From: Bacillota bacterium
Lineage (GTDB): Bacteria; Bacillota; Clostridia; Christensenellales; CAG-138
Direction: 5' to 3'
NCBI GenBank assembly: GCA_023451115.1
Contig: JAEXFV010000154.1
Coordinates: 4,944-68,943, forward strand
Length of the DNA stretch: 64,000 bases
Shown here: positions 20,979 to 29,374 of the stretch, one piece after another
How the letters are laid out: every line of letters starts with the position of its first letter
Position numbering within the stretch: the first letter of the stretch is position 1
Made by a program: the position numbers and the translations under genes
Notes under the pieces: model-generated
Seen by the model: only the letters and a program-made list of their open reading frames with translations
What the model was told of the DNA's origin: nothing
Database searches by the model: none

Positions 20979-21592
20979 CCAATATCTGTGTATTTGCTGC
21001 TTCCAGCCCGGATCTGGAGCAGAGCTATTATGATCTGGCCCGAGACGTGGGCGCATGTTTGGCCCAGGAGGGGATGGGCATGGTGTTTGGCGGCGGCCGC
21101 ATTGGGTTAATGGGCGCTGCAGCTCAGGGAGTCAAGGCCAACGGCGGGCGGTTGATCGGCGTAATTCCCGAAAAACTCAATCAGCCTGGCATCGCCTACG
21201 AAAACTGCGATGAACTCATAGAAACCCCTACCATGCATACCCGCAAGGAAACCATGGAAGGTTTATCCAGCGGTTTTATTGTGTTGCCCGGCGGCTTTGG
21301 CACGATGGAAGAGCTGATGGAGGTCATTACGTTAAAACAATTGGGGTATCACAATCATCCTATCGTGATTGTAAACCACAAGGGATTTTGGCAGCCCTTA
21401 CTGGAACAGTTCTCCCAATTTTATGAAACGGGATTTGCCCATCCAGGGTTTCAGGGGTTGTATGTCGTTGCAGATACGGCCTTGGAGGCGGTTGCAGCGG
21501 TACGGGAGACTTCAAACAAATCCATGCCGGATAAATTACAGGAGGCGCTGCATAGACGCACCTCTGGAGAAATGCAGCAGGGAGGCGATTGA
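20975..21592 (+). CDS. LOG-family (TIGR00730-type) Rossmann-fold nucleotide-binding protein
   Basis: VFGGGRIGLMG and PGGFGTMEEL signature motifs. The ATGA overlap with the PBP stop codon indicates translational coupling. Confidence 0.85.
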   Translation: MTNICVFAASSPDLEQSYYDLARDVGACLAQEGMGMVFGGGRIGLMGAAAQGVKANGGRLIGVIPEKLNQPGIAYENCDELIETPTMHTRKETMEGLSSGFIVLPGGFGTMEELMEVITLKQLGYHNHPIVIVNHKGFWQPLLEQFSQFYETGFAHPGFQGLYVVADTALEAVAAVRETSNKSMPDKLQEALHRRTSGEMQQGGD

Positions 21593-21594
21593 CC

Positions 21595-22035
21595 ATGAAA
21601 AAGTCCATTCAACCAAAAGAGATGGAAAACCATGCGCATGCCCAGCACATTGTAATGGTTTGCGTAACCCGTCAACGTACTTGCGCCCGGCTGATTGCCC
21701 GGGGAGAAGAACTGGCGCAAAAGTATCATTGCCCGCTGCATGTGGTGCATGCGGTGCGCTCTGGAGAAAATTTTTTAGGGAACCCGGATGAAGGGGAGGC
21801 GTTGGAATATTTGTTTACCGCAGCCCAGTTATCCGGCGGGGAGCTGAGCGTTATTCGTGCAGAGGATGTGCCCACCATTCTCTGCGATTATGCAAAGGCG
21901 CATCATGCAAGCTGCATGGTGCTGGGTGCACCGCCCAAAGGAAATACACGGCACGCCCTCAACATCGGCGGCCAGACCATTATAGAATATTTGGCGCAGC
22001 GCTTGCCGGATGTGGAGCTGGATGTATTGGATTGA
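21595..22035 (+). CDS. Universal stress protein (Usp/KdpD-N-like) domain protein
   Basis: HIVMVCVTRQRTCARLI...LHVVHAV...ASCMVLGAP pattern of Usp-like alpha/beta fold. ATG 21595 has GGGAGG 9 nt upstream and lies 3 nt after the LOG stop codon. Confidence 0.55.
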   Translation: MKKSIQPKEMENHAHAQHIVMVCVTRQRTCARLIARGEELAQKYHCPLHVVHAVRSGENFLGNPDEGEALEYLFTAAQLSGGELSVIRAEDVPTILCDYAKAHHASCMVLGAPPKGNTRHALNIGGQTIIEYLAQRLPDVELDVLD

Positions 22036-22274
22036 TTTGCATACCTTCTGTTGACAAAGGAAGGTTTCAATGCATGAAATGAATTTCATAATTGCGTGGG
22101 GCAGGTCTGGGACGTTGGGGATAATATATTATGTATAACGTCTAGGCCTGCTTTTTTTTCATTTTTCGGTGCGATATAATAAAAGAGTAAATTGCAGGAT
22201 TATATATAATAAGATTGCATATTTTTTCCTATCTATTCCATGTTCCATTGAATTAATAAGGAGGCTGATTCATC

Positions 22275-23993
22275 TTGAAACAACTCATGCTCGGAAACGA
22301 AGCCATTGCGCGCGGCGTTTATGAAGCAGGCGTAAGGGTTACTTCCGCATACCCTGGCACGCCTAGCACGGAAATCAACGAAAATGTAGCCAACTACGAT
22401 TGTATTTATTCCGAATGGGCCCCAAACGAAAAAGTAGCGGTGGAAGTTGCGTTGGGCGCTGCAATCTCCGGCGCACGCAGCATGGCCTGTATGAAACATG
22501 TAGGGCTTAACGTAGCAGCGGATCCTTTCTTTACCGCCACGTATACCGGCATCAATGCGGGTATGGTGGTTGTGGTAGCGGACGACCCGGGCATGCACTC
22601 CTCCCAGAATGAGCAGGATACCCGCATGCTGGGCAGGGCTTCCCATGCAATCGTGCTGGATCCCTCCTGCTCCCAGGAATGTAAGGATTTTATGAAGCTG
22701 GCTTATGAGCTTTCCGAAGAATACGATACCCCTGTTATCGTGCGCGTTACCACCCGCATTGCCCATGCACGCACGGTGGTGGAGCTGGGAGAACGGGAAG
22801 AAGTGCCGCTGAAAGAATATGTAAAGGATATGCGGAAGTTTACCTCCATGCCCGCTAACATGATCGGCCGGCATGTAAAGGTGGAAGAACGGGAAAAACG
22901 TCTTAGTGAAGATGCCAATACCCTGCCCATCAACCGCATTGAATGGGCGGACAAAAAAGTCGGCGTGGTAACTTCCGGAGCGGCTTATAACTATGTGAAA
23001 GAAGCGCTGCCCAATGCCTCTGTGCTCAAGCTGGGTATGGCATATCCCATGCCAGAAAAGCTGATCCGCGACTTTGCTTCCCAGGTGGAAACCCTGTATG
23101 TCATTGAGGACATGGAGCCTTTCTATGAGGACACCATTAAGGCTTGGGGTATCCCCTGCTCCGGCAAGGACAAAACCGGGGTGCAGGGCGAACTGTTCGC
23201 CCGTAAAATTGCAGCCAAGTTTGCAGGCGCGCCGGAAGCCGGCCCCATGACCACCCAGGGTATCCCGGTGCGGCCGCCCGTATTGTGCCCGGGCTGTCCT
23301 CACCGCGCTTTGTATTACCTGCTGAACAAATTGAAATTAACGGTATGTTCCGACATCGGCTGCTACACGCTGGGCGCTTTGCCGCCTCTTGGCGCAGTGG
23401 ATACCTGCATTTGTATGGGCGCCTCCTTCCCCATGGCCCATGGCTTTGAAAAGGCCCGGGGCAAAGAGCAGGCCAAGAAAACCGTGGCCGTATTGGGCGA
23501 CAGCACGTTCTGCCACAGCGGCATGACGGGGCTGCTGGATATGGCCTATAACAAATCTGTGGGTACTGTGATCATTGCCGACAACTCCATCACCGGCATG
23601 ACGGGGCACCAAAACAACCCGGCCAACGGCTTTGATATCCACGGCAACCCTGCGCCTCAGCTGGATATTGTAAAGCTGTGCGAGGCAATGGGAATTCAGA
23701 ACGTGGCGGTAGTGGATCCCTTTGACTTGAAGGAAATGGAGCGGGTGCTCCGGGAAGAAACTGCCCGGGAGGAGCTGTCTGTCATCATTAGCCGCCGGCC
23801 CTGCGCACTGATTGTGAAGCAGCCCGGCAAAGCCCTTTCCAGTGACCCGGAAAAGTGCCGGAATTGCGGCATGTGCATGAAGATTGGCTGCCCTGCCATC
23901 GTAAAAACGGAAACCGGCGTCTGGGTGGATCCCACCCAGTGTGTGGGATGCGGGCTGTGCCAAAATGTGTGCCCCTTCGGCGCGCTTGCTTGA
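22275..23993 (+). CDS. iorA: Indolepyruvate:ferredoxin oxidoreductase subunit alpha
   Basis: MLGNEAIARG...SAYPGTPSTEI N-terminus, TPP-binding GDSTFCHSG, and a C-terminal 2x[4Fe-4S] region CRNCGMCMKIGCP / CVGCGLCQNVCP. Confidence 0.9.
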   Translation: MKQLMLGNEAIARGVYEAGVRVTSAYPGTPSTEINENVANYDCIYSEWAPNEKVAVEVALGAAISGARSMACMKHVGLNVAADPFFTATYTGINAGMVVVVADDPGMHSSQNEQDTRMLGRASHAIVLDPSCSQECKDFMKLAYELSEEYDTPVIVRVTTRIAHARTVVELGEREEVPLKEYVKDMRKFTSMPANMIGRHVKVEEREKRLSEDANTLPINRIEWADKKVGVVTSGAAYNYVKEALPNASVLKLGMAYPMPEKLIRDFASQVETLYVIEDMEPFYEDTIKAWGIPCSGKDKTGVQGELFARKIAAKFAGAPEAGPMTTQGIPVRPPVLCPGCPHRALYYLLNKLKLTVCSDIGCYTLGALPPLGAVDTCICMGASFPMAHGFEKARGKEQAKKTVAVLGDSTFCHSGMTGLLDMAYNKSVGTVIIADNSITGMTGHQNNPANGFDIHGNPAPQLDIVKLCEAMGIQNVAVVDPFDLKEMERVLREETAREELSVIISRRPCALIVKQPGKALSSDPEKCRNCGMCMKIGCPAIVKTETGVWVDPTQCVGCGLCQNVCPFGALA

Positions 23994-24013
23994 GAGGAAA
24001 GGAGAAGAAGAAT

Positions 24014-24592
24014 ATGATTGGTATTGTAATTGTAGGCGTTGGCGGGCAAGGCACGCTGCTGGCCAGCAAAATACTTGGATATATGGCGCTGGAGCATGAG
24101 TACGATGTGCGGGTAAGCGAAGTGCATGGTATGTCGCAACGCGGCGGCAGTGTGGTGACATATGTGCGCATGAGCAAGGATGAGCCCGTATATTCCACCA
24201 TTGTGGAGCAGGAGCAGGCGGATGTGGTGCTGGCCTTTGAAAACCTGGAGGCTTTGCGCGCGCTGCCCTATTTAAAACCCCAGGGCACCATGATTGTCAA
24301 TACCCAGGAAATTTTGCCCATGCCGGTGATTATTGGCGCAGCGAAATATCCGGAGGACTGCCTGGAACGCATCCAGGCGCAAGCCAACAACGTGATCGCT
24401 CTGGACGCTACCACCATCGCCCATGAATGCGGCACCTATCGGGCCGCTAATGTGGTGCTGTTGGGCGTATTGGCTAAAAAACTGCCCTTTGCTTACGAGG
24501 CATGGATGAAAGCCATCGAGGCCAACGTCAAGCCCAAGTTTGTTGAGATGAACAAGCAAGCCTTCCAACGAGGCTATGCTTATGCGGATTAA
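24014..24592 (+). CDS. iorB: Indolepyruvate:ferredoxin oxidoreductase subunit beta
   Basis: MIGIVIVGVGGQGTLLASKIL start with RBS AGGAAAGGAG upstream. The track ORF 23855.. extends upstream into the iorA tail and was trimmed. Confidence 0.9.
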   Translation: MIGIVIVGVGGQGTLLASKILGYMALEHEYDVRVSEVHGMSQRGGSVVTYVRMSKDEPVYSTIVEQEQADVVLAFENLEALRALPYLKPQGTMIVNTQEILPMPVIIGAAKYPEDCLERIQAQANNVIALDATTIAHECGTYRAANVVLLGVLAKKLPFAYEAWMKAIEANVKPKFVEMNKQAFQRGYAYAD

Positions 24593-24605
24593 CGTTCAAT
24601 AAAAT

Positions 24606-24641
24606 AAAAAGGCTGGATTGCCTGGGCAATCCAGCCTTTTT
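24606..24641. terminator. Bidirectional intrinsic terminator between iorB and the adhesin gene
   Basis: AAAAAGGCTGGATTGCC/GGCAATCCAGCCTTTTT, with A/T runs on both sides. Confidence 0.75.
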
Positions 24642-24654
24642 ACGTCATTGTGGA

Positions 24655-27003
24655 TTAACGGGACTTTCGTTTGTATCGGTATAATATGCTTGCCGCCAGG
24701 GCGTTTGCTGATAAGAGAATGACGGTTATATTATGAGCGGCGCTGCTGCTATCCCCTGTGACGGGAGGCCCAAGGGGAATGGGATCTTGCGTAGGCGGCG
24801 CCAGTGGAATTGGTTCTGTTGCGGTGGGCGTGCGCTGAGGCCTTGGTGTTGGGCGCTCCTCCCAGGACGGGGTAGGGGTAGGAGAATTGATCGGCGTAGG
24901 CGTAGGCGTAGGCGTTGGCGTTGGCAAATTCGTAGGGGTTGCCGTCGGGGTAGGCGTTGGGGAACTGATGGGATCATTTTGAATAGTTGTTACCGGAGTT
25001 TCCCCTTTATAAAGCGTGGTTATGCCATACGATACCACCACCGGGAAAGAGCAATTTAAAGGCTGATAACCGTCAGGTGCGGAATTCTCCGTTAAGATAT
25101 AGGCATGCCCGGAGGGAATGTTTCGGATGGTAACCATGCCGCTTTCACCAGGCAAAGAGGTGGGGCTGGCAACAAATAATGAAGTGGGAGTGGCTGGCTG
25201 GGGTTCTCCGGCGGAAGTCCCCTGCATGGAGCCGATGGTTACCTGCCCATGGCATACCGGGCAGTTTTCACTATGAGAGAGCGTAAAAGTTACGCCAGTA
25301 AGGCCGCTTCCCGTTTGGGAGTCCACCTTTTTAAATTCCAGGTTACCCAAATATCCTTTTACCTTTGGCACTGGAAAAGAAATGGTTTGCTCCCCAGAAA
25401 GCACGCCGTTATCATTGTATTGGTAAACCAGATTGGTAGGTCCGTTGGTGAGATAATGCTCCGCTTTATCCGGATCAAAACCTTCTGCTTCGTTCATTAG
25501 CCGTACCCGATAGGATAAGGTGTAAATATATGTGGTAGTTTCCTCCGTGTCCCCAGGAAGCTTTTCCACCTTTGTTTCAAAGCCGGATTTTTTCAGATCC
25601 CAGCGGATTTCCTCCCCCAAGCTGCCCTGAGTAATTTTTGCAGTATTCTCGCCGTTTTCTACCCAACTACCACCAGTTAACTCGGCTACAGGTGTTCCGC
25701 CTTTCTGATAGAAGTTCAGAAATTCAATGGATTGCCCCAGGCTGGAGCCGTTCATTGGGTCGGAAGCTACCCAGGACGCTTCCACGGATTCTTGGCTAAT
25801 TTCTTTAATCTTTGCCAGAATGGCGGTAAATGCATTTTGCAGTTCCTGAAGGTTATCTCCATCTTTATAAAAATTGGAGCCAATCTGCGTGGCCAGCCAA
25901 TTTTTGTAGGCGGTGCCGTAAGCGCCCGCGCCGTGGCGCCCAATAACATATTCCCCTTCAACATACTTATATTTTCCGCTGGATTCCAATTCTTTGGTAA
26001 AGGGCTGCGTTATATCTGCAAAACAATCCACAACGCTAAAACCATCCGCGTTACTGCCCAAACGGTTCATGCTGGAGATCTGTTGCCCGCCAATATTGAT
26101 GCCGATGGGGAAAATGGTAACGCCTTCAATGGATTGAGCGGCCTCTTCTGCATAAAGCGCCCCCTTATCACTGTAGGAAGTGCCATATTTGCAGGAATTC
26201 CCAGATACCTGATCGGAGAAAACCCCATCTGTGCCCAAGCTGGCTGTGCCCGTATATTGGCTCATATAAGGGTTATAACCAGCAATATAGGAAGTGCTCG
26301 TCTCGTTGCTGACTTTGTTCACGCTGTAAGTTGTGGGGAAACCGTCTGTAAGAAGAATGATATATTGGTTGGCTTCCGAGCGGCTTTCCAGAATATTTTG
26401 CGCCAGCTGTAGTCCTCCCTCAATATTGGTAAACATAGTGGATTTTCCATAATAGTCGGAGGTAAAGGTGGCATCCATTTTGTCACGCAGCGCCCTTTCC
26501 AGGCTGTTAGCCGAATTTTCCTGGGAACAATCTGTAAACCCCAGGCATAATTCCGCGTTTGTATTAAAGGTGACGATGGCCATTTGCCGGGAAACGCCGC
26601 TGGACGCGGCATCTTGACAAAAGGTGTTGATGAATTCATCTGCCGCCCTTTTTGCCATAACGTATTGGGGAACAGAGCTTCCCTCCATCTCCACATAGTT
26701 TTCCGATTTCATCATGGATTCCGAAATATCCATTACCACTACCACCGCCATATCCTGCGCGGCATAGATTTCCGAAATGTTGCTTTGTGTCTCCACCGTC
26801 AGAGTAATGTCAAAATAATTTTCGTTGTTGGTTCCTGCAATCGTTTTGCTGACCTTTACATAATTGTCCGAATTTTCTCCACCCGTTTCCGGAATGATTT
26901 GATTCTGATTTTCCGCTTCTATGGCTTGAGCCGCCGCAAAGCAGGGGAGTAAGCCTGCTGCGATGATGCAGCAAAGAAGCATTGCCAACACGCGTTTTTT
27001 CAT
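24655..27003 (-). CDS. Cell-wall-anchored surface protein: vWA domain plus Cna-B/SpaA-like fold, Pro/Thr linker and PPVTG sorting signal
   Basis: Signal peptide MKKRVLAMLLCCIIAAGLLPCFAAAQA (RBS AGGAGGG). MIDAS-like VVVVMDISESM. Cna-B-like LEFKKVDSQTGSGLTGVTFTL...YILTENSAPDGYQP. (PT)n linker. C-terminal PPVTG plus hydrophobic helix plus YRYKRKSR tail. Start trimmed to ATG 27003. Confidence 0.8.
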   Translation of the reverse strand: MKKRVLAMLLCCIIAAGLLPCFAAAQAIEAENQNQIIPETGGENSDNYVKVSKTIAGTNNENYFDITLTVETQSNISEIYAAQDMAVVVVMDISESMMKSENYVEMEGSSVPQYVMAKRAADEFINTFCQDAASSGVSRQMAIVTFNTNAELCLGFTDCSQENSANSLERALRDKMDATFTSDYYGKSTMFTNIEGGLQLAQNILESRSEANQYIILLTDGFPTTYSVNKVSNETSTSYIAGYNPYMSQYTGTASLGTDGVFSDQVSGNSCKYGTSYSDKGALYAEEAAQSIEGVTIFPIGINIGGQQISSMNRLGSNADGFSVVDCFADITQPFTKELESSGKYKYVEGEYVIGRHGAGAYGTAYKNWLATQIGSNFYKDGDNLQELQNAFTAILAKIKEISQESVEASWVASDPMNGSSLGQSIEFLNFYQKGGTPVAELTGGSWVENGENTAKITQGSLGEEIRWDLKKSGFETKVEKLPGDTEETTTYIYTLSYRVRLMNEAEGFDPDKAEHYLTNGPTNLVYQYNDNGVLSGEQTISFPVPKVKGYLGNLEFKKVDSQTGSGLTGVTFTLSHSENCPVCHGQVTIGSMQGTSAGEPQPATPTSLFVASPTSLPGESGMVTIRNIPSGHAYILTENSAPDGYQPLNCSFPVVVSYGITTLYKGETPVTTIQNDPISSPTPTPTATPTNLPTPTPTPTPTPINSPTPTPSWEERPTPRPQRTPTATEPIPLAPPTQDPIPLGPPVTGDSSSAAHNITVILLSANALAASILYRYKRKSR
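24893..24925 (-). repeat. Hexanucleotide tandem repeat encoding the (Pro-Thr)n linker
   Basis: Plus-strand ggcgta ggcgta ggcgta ggcgtt ggcgtt ggc. Translates on the minus strand to PTPTPTPTPTP. Confidence 0.8.
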
Positions 27004-27145
27004 TAACCATACCCTCCTAAATAAAATAACTTGCGGTATTTTATGCCCCGAAAACATGGGATTGTGGGGCTTTTAGCAAAAATTAATGTGGATAACCAAG
27101 GACTATCATGATCTATTTCATTATAATATTCCTTTGTTTTTCTAT

Positions 27146-27658
27146 TTACACCTCCCAGTGTCTGAGCATTTGATGCAATAATCGCATGAGCTCTACCCCG
27201 CTGCGGAAATGCACCTTTTGCCCGTTAATGCGCAGTGCGCCTTGCATGCTCGCATGTTGCCTGCGGTATATTTTCAATACGACACGAGGTGCTTTGCTGC
27301 CTGACCACTTATTCAGCGAGAAGTTTATATGTCCCGCCGTCTGGGAGCCGTTCCAATCATCAAGAAAACGTTCACCCTGTATCCCCGGCACCTTGATATC
27401 GCGATGGGATAAGCTTGCCCCGGGAGCAGAGTTTTTCACAATATCCATAATATCTTCCATAATAAGCAATAACTGATCCAGCCCATGAAAACAAAAATTT
27501 CGTTCAAAAAACGGTGTTTCCAGTTCGCCACAAGCGATTCGACCCTGATACGAGAAAAAACGAACAAACATGGTTGTTGTTTGGTCTGTGCACGTTTCAC
27601 AGGGATTGTTCTGCAGACGCCCTGTGCAGGTATCGTTTTTTGATATTAGGGATGACAT
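27146..27658 (-). CDS. Hypothetical protein (170 aa), no family recognised
   Basis: Only long ORF between the recombinase sites and the adhesin gene, on the same strand as both. Cys cluster C-x9-C-x2-C near the N-terminus. Weak RBS (AAAGGA, distant), so the start is uncertain (alternative Met30). Confidence 0.45.
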   Translation of the reverse strand: MSSLISKNDTCTGRLQNNPCETCTDQTTTMFVRFFSYQGRIACGELETPFFERNFCFHGLDQLLLIMEDIMDIVKNSAPGASLSHRDIKVPGIQGERFLDDWNGSQTAGHINFSLNKWSGSKAPRVVLKIYRRQHASMQGALRINGQKVHFRSGVELMRLLHQMLRHWEV

Positions 27659-27791
27659 AGGGCTGGAAGAAATCCTTTCTTTATAGGCGAGCCTGGTTTA
27701 CAGATTTTGCCGCTGCAAGTCTCACCCAGGCTGCTATTTGGGCTACCTGTCCTGCTGGTGAAAGTTCCCCAAATGTAGCTGAACAAAATCT

Positions 27792-27816
27792 ACCACAGAA
27801 TAACTATTCTGTGGTT
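27792..27816. repeat. Left lox-like core site (11-bp inverted arms, AC centre)
   Basis: ACCACAGAATA-AC-TATTCTGTGGT-T. Exact reverse complement of 28032..28056. Confidence 0.85.
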
Positions 27817-27840
27817 ATAACCAGCACTTTATTTACTACC

Positions 27841-27869
27841 ATTTTAAAACAATTGGGGGTGGAAAACAA
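27841..27869 (-). promoter_or_regulatory. Promoter-like element inside the segment bounded by the two core sites
   Basis: Minus strand TTGTTT (27869-27864), 17-nt spacer, TAAAAT (27846-27841). Faces the left site and ORF 27658..27146. Confidence 0.3.
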
Positions 27870-28031
27870 GCCATTTTATAACAACCAAGCAAAACCAGAT
27901 TCTCCATTACATTCAAACCAGGCCTGTGCTTTTTCTGTTGCTGCAGACCTGGATAAGTATTCCGCTATATCCACAGACAGGTAATACCCCCGCTGCTTTC
28001 TACCCCGTTATTTTTGCTGTATAAGCAATTC

Positions 28032-28056
28032 AACCACAGAATAGTTATTCTGTGGT
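28032..28056. repeat. Right lox-like core site (same arms, GT centre)
   Basis: AACCACAGAATA-GT-TATTCTGTGGT. 25/25 match to the left site in inverted orientation and 23/25 in direct orientation. Followed on the plus strand by TTTTTTGTGTTT. Lies 9 nt from the recombinase stop codon. Confidence 0.85.
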
Positions 28057-28065
28057 TTTTTGTGT

Positions 28066-28908
28066 TTACATCACCAAACGCATTTTTTCCAGTATGCGCT
28101 GGTGCTGTTTGGTGCTGGTGGCTACATAAATGCGCGTTGTTTCAATGGAGGAATGCCCCAAAATATCAGCGAGATATGCCAGATTGTTTTGAATGGCATA
28201 AAAACTGCGTGCAAACAAATGGCGCAGATTGTGGGGAAACACTTTGCCCGGCAGCACATGGGCTGACTGGCACAGTTTTTTCATATCGTGGCAGATATTT
28301 GACCGGTCCAACGCCTGGCCGCTGCGCGTACAAAAGATGGGGCCTGTAACAATATTCTGGCACTTGGAATATTGACGCAGCTTTTTTGTAAGATCTTTTG
28401 GCAGGAGCACCAGCCTGTTTTTCCCTTTTGAACGGATTTCCACCCGTCCCATGCGCACAGCCTCAATGGTTATAAAACGCAGTTCGCTTACCCGGATTCC
28501 AGTGCTACAAAGCGTTAAAAGCAAATGGTACAGCCTTTGGTTTTTCAGGCTTTTTGCTGCTGCTAGCAACCTTTGGTATTCATCCTGGGATAACTCATGC
28601 TTTTCTTCCATAAAAGCGTGATGCTGCACTTTTAGTAATTTTACCTTGCAGTCAGACAGACCGACAAACGTGAGGTAGGCGTTGATAGCCGAAAGTTTCG
28701 CGTTGATGGTTCTTGCCTGATATTGTACCTGAAGAGCCTGGCGATATGCTACTATGAGCTGCTTTGTAATAGGCCGCCGTTGTAAAAAGGAGTTTAAGCT
28801 TCTTAATTCATAGATGTATTTTTCTATGGTCAGCGCGGCTTTTTCATTATCACACAGATAATTCCGGAACGAGAGTATGCTTTTATCTGTAATTGTGTTA
28901 TTATGCAT
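28066..28908 (-). CDS. Tyrosine-type site-specific recombinase/integrase
   Basis: N-terminal SAM-like core-binding region (SFRNYL...EKTIEKY-type). Catalytic region ...GIRVSEL..., HNLRHLFA, LGHSSIETTRIYV. Start trimmed to ATG 28908 (GGAGGTGG 6 nt upstream). Confidence 0.85.
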   Translation of the reverse strand: MHNNTITDKSILSFRNYLCDNEKAALTIEKYIYELRSLNSFLQRRPITKQLIVAYRQALQVQYQARTINAKLSAINAYLTFVGLSDCKVKLLKVQHHAFMEEKHELSQDEYQRLLAAAKSLKNQRLYHLLLTLCSTGIRVSELRFITIEAVRMGRVEIRSKGKNRLVLLPKDLTKKLRQYSKCQNIVTGPIFCTRSGQALDRSNICHDMKKLCQSAHVLPGKVFPHNLRHLFARSFYAIQNNLAYLADILGHSSIETTRIYVATSTKQHQRILEKMRLVM

Positions 28909-29140
28909 GCATTCCACCTCCATACCATAGAGTGTTCCATAGCATTTTACCGGATATTCGTAAAATGGGAAAATATAAGAATGGATTATATATATTTTGT
29001 GCGGGAACCCGGGAAAATCCTTGACAATTCGAATGCAATGTGATAAATCATGTATGAACCTATAAGCATGGTTCATAGCATAAGGGGTGGGAAAGAGCAG
29101 TCACCCCAACGATAGCGCAAGAAAGGAGTGTGTACTGATT

Positions 29141-29374
29141 ATGAAAATTAAAAACATCAACAACCCCAAACGTTTTTTTGAGGTTCTCAACGAGTGTCAT
29201 GGCCGTGTGGAGCTGATCACGTCCGAAGGCGACCGCCTCAACCTCAAGAGCACGCTGTGCCAGTACATTGCGCTGACTCAAATGTTCAAGGACGCCCGCA
29301 TCGATGATGTGGAGCTCATCGTTTCCGAGCCGGAAGACTTTGCAAGGCTTCTGGAGTTCTTGGTACGGGGCTGA
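29141..29374 (+). CDS. Small conserved hypothetical protein (77 aa)
   Basis: MKIKNINNPKRFFEVLNECHGRVELITSEGDRLNLKS... RBS AAAGGAG 12 nt upstream. Divergent from the recombinase. No function recognised. Confidence 0.5.
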   Translation: MKIKNINNPKRFFEVLNECHGRVELITSEGDRLNLKSTLCQYIALTQMFKDARIDDVELIVSEPEDFARLLEFLVRG

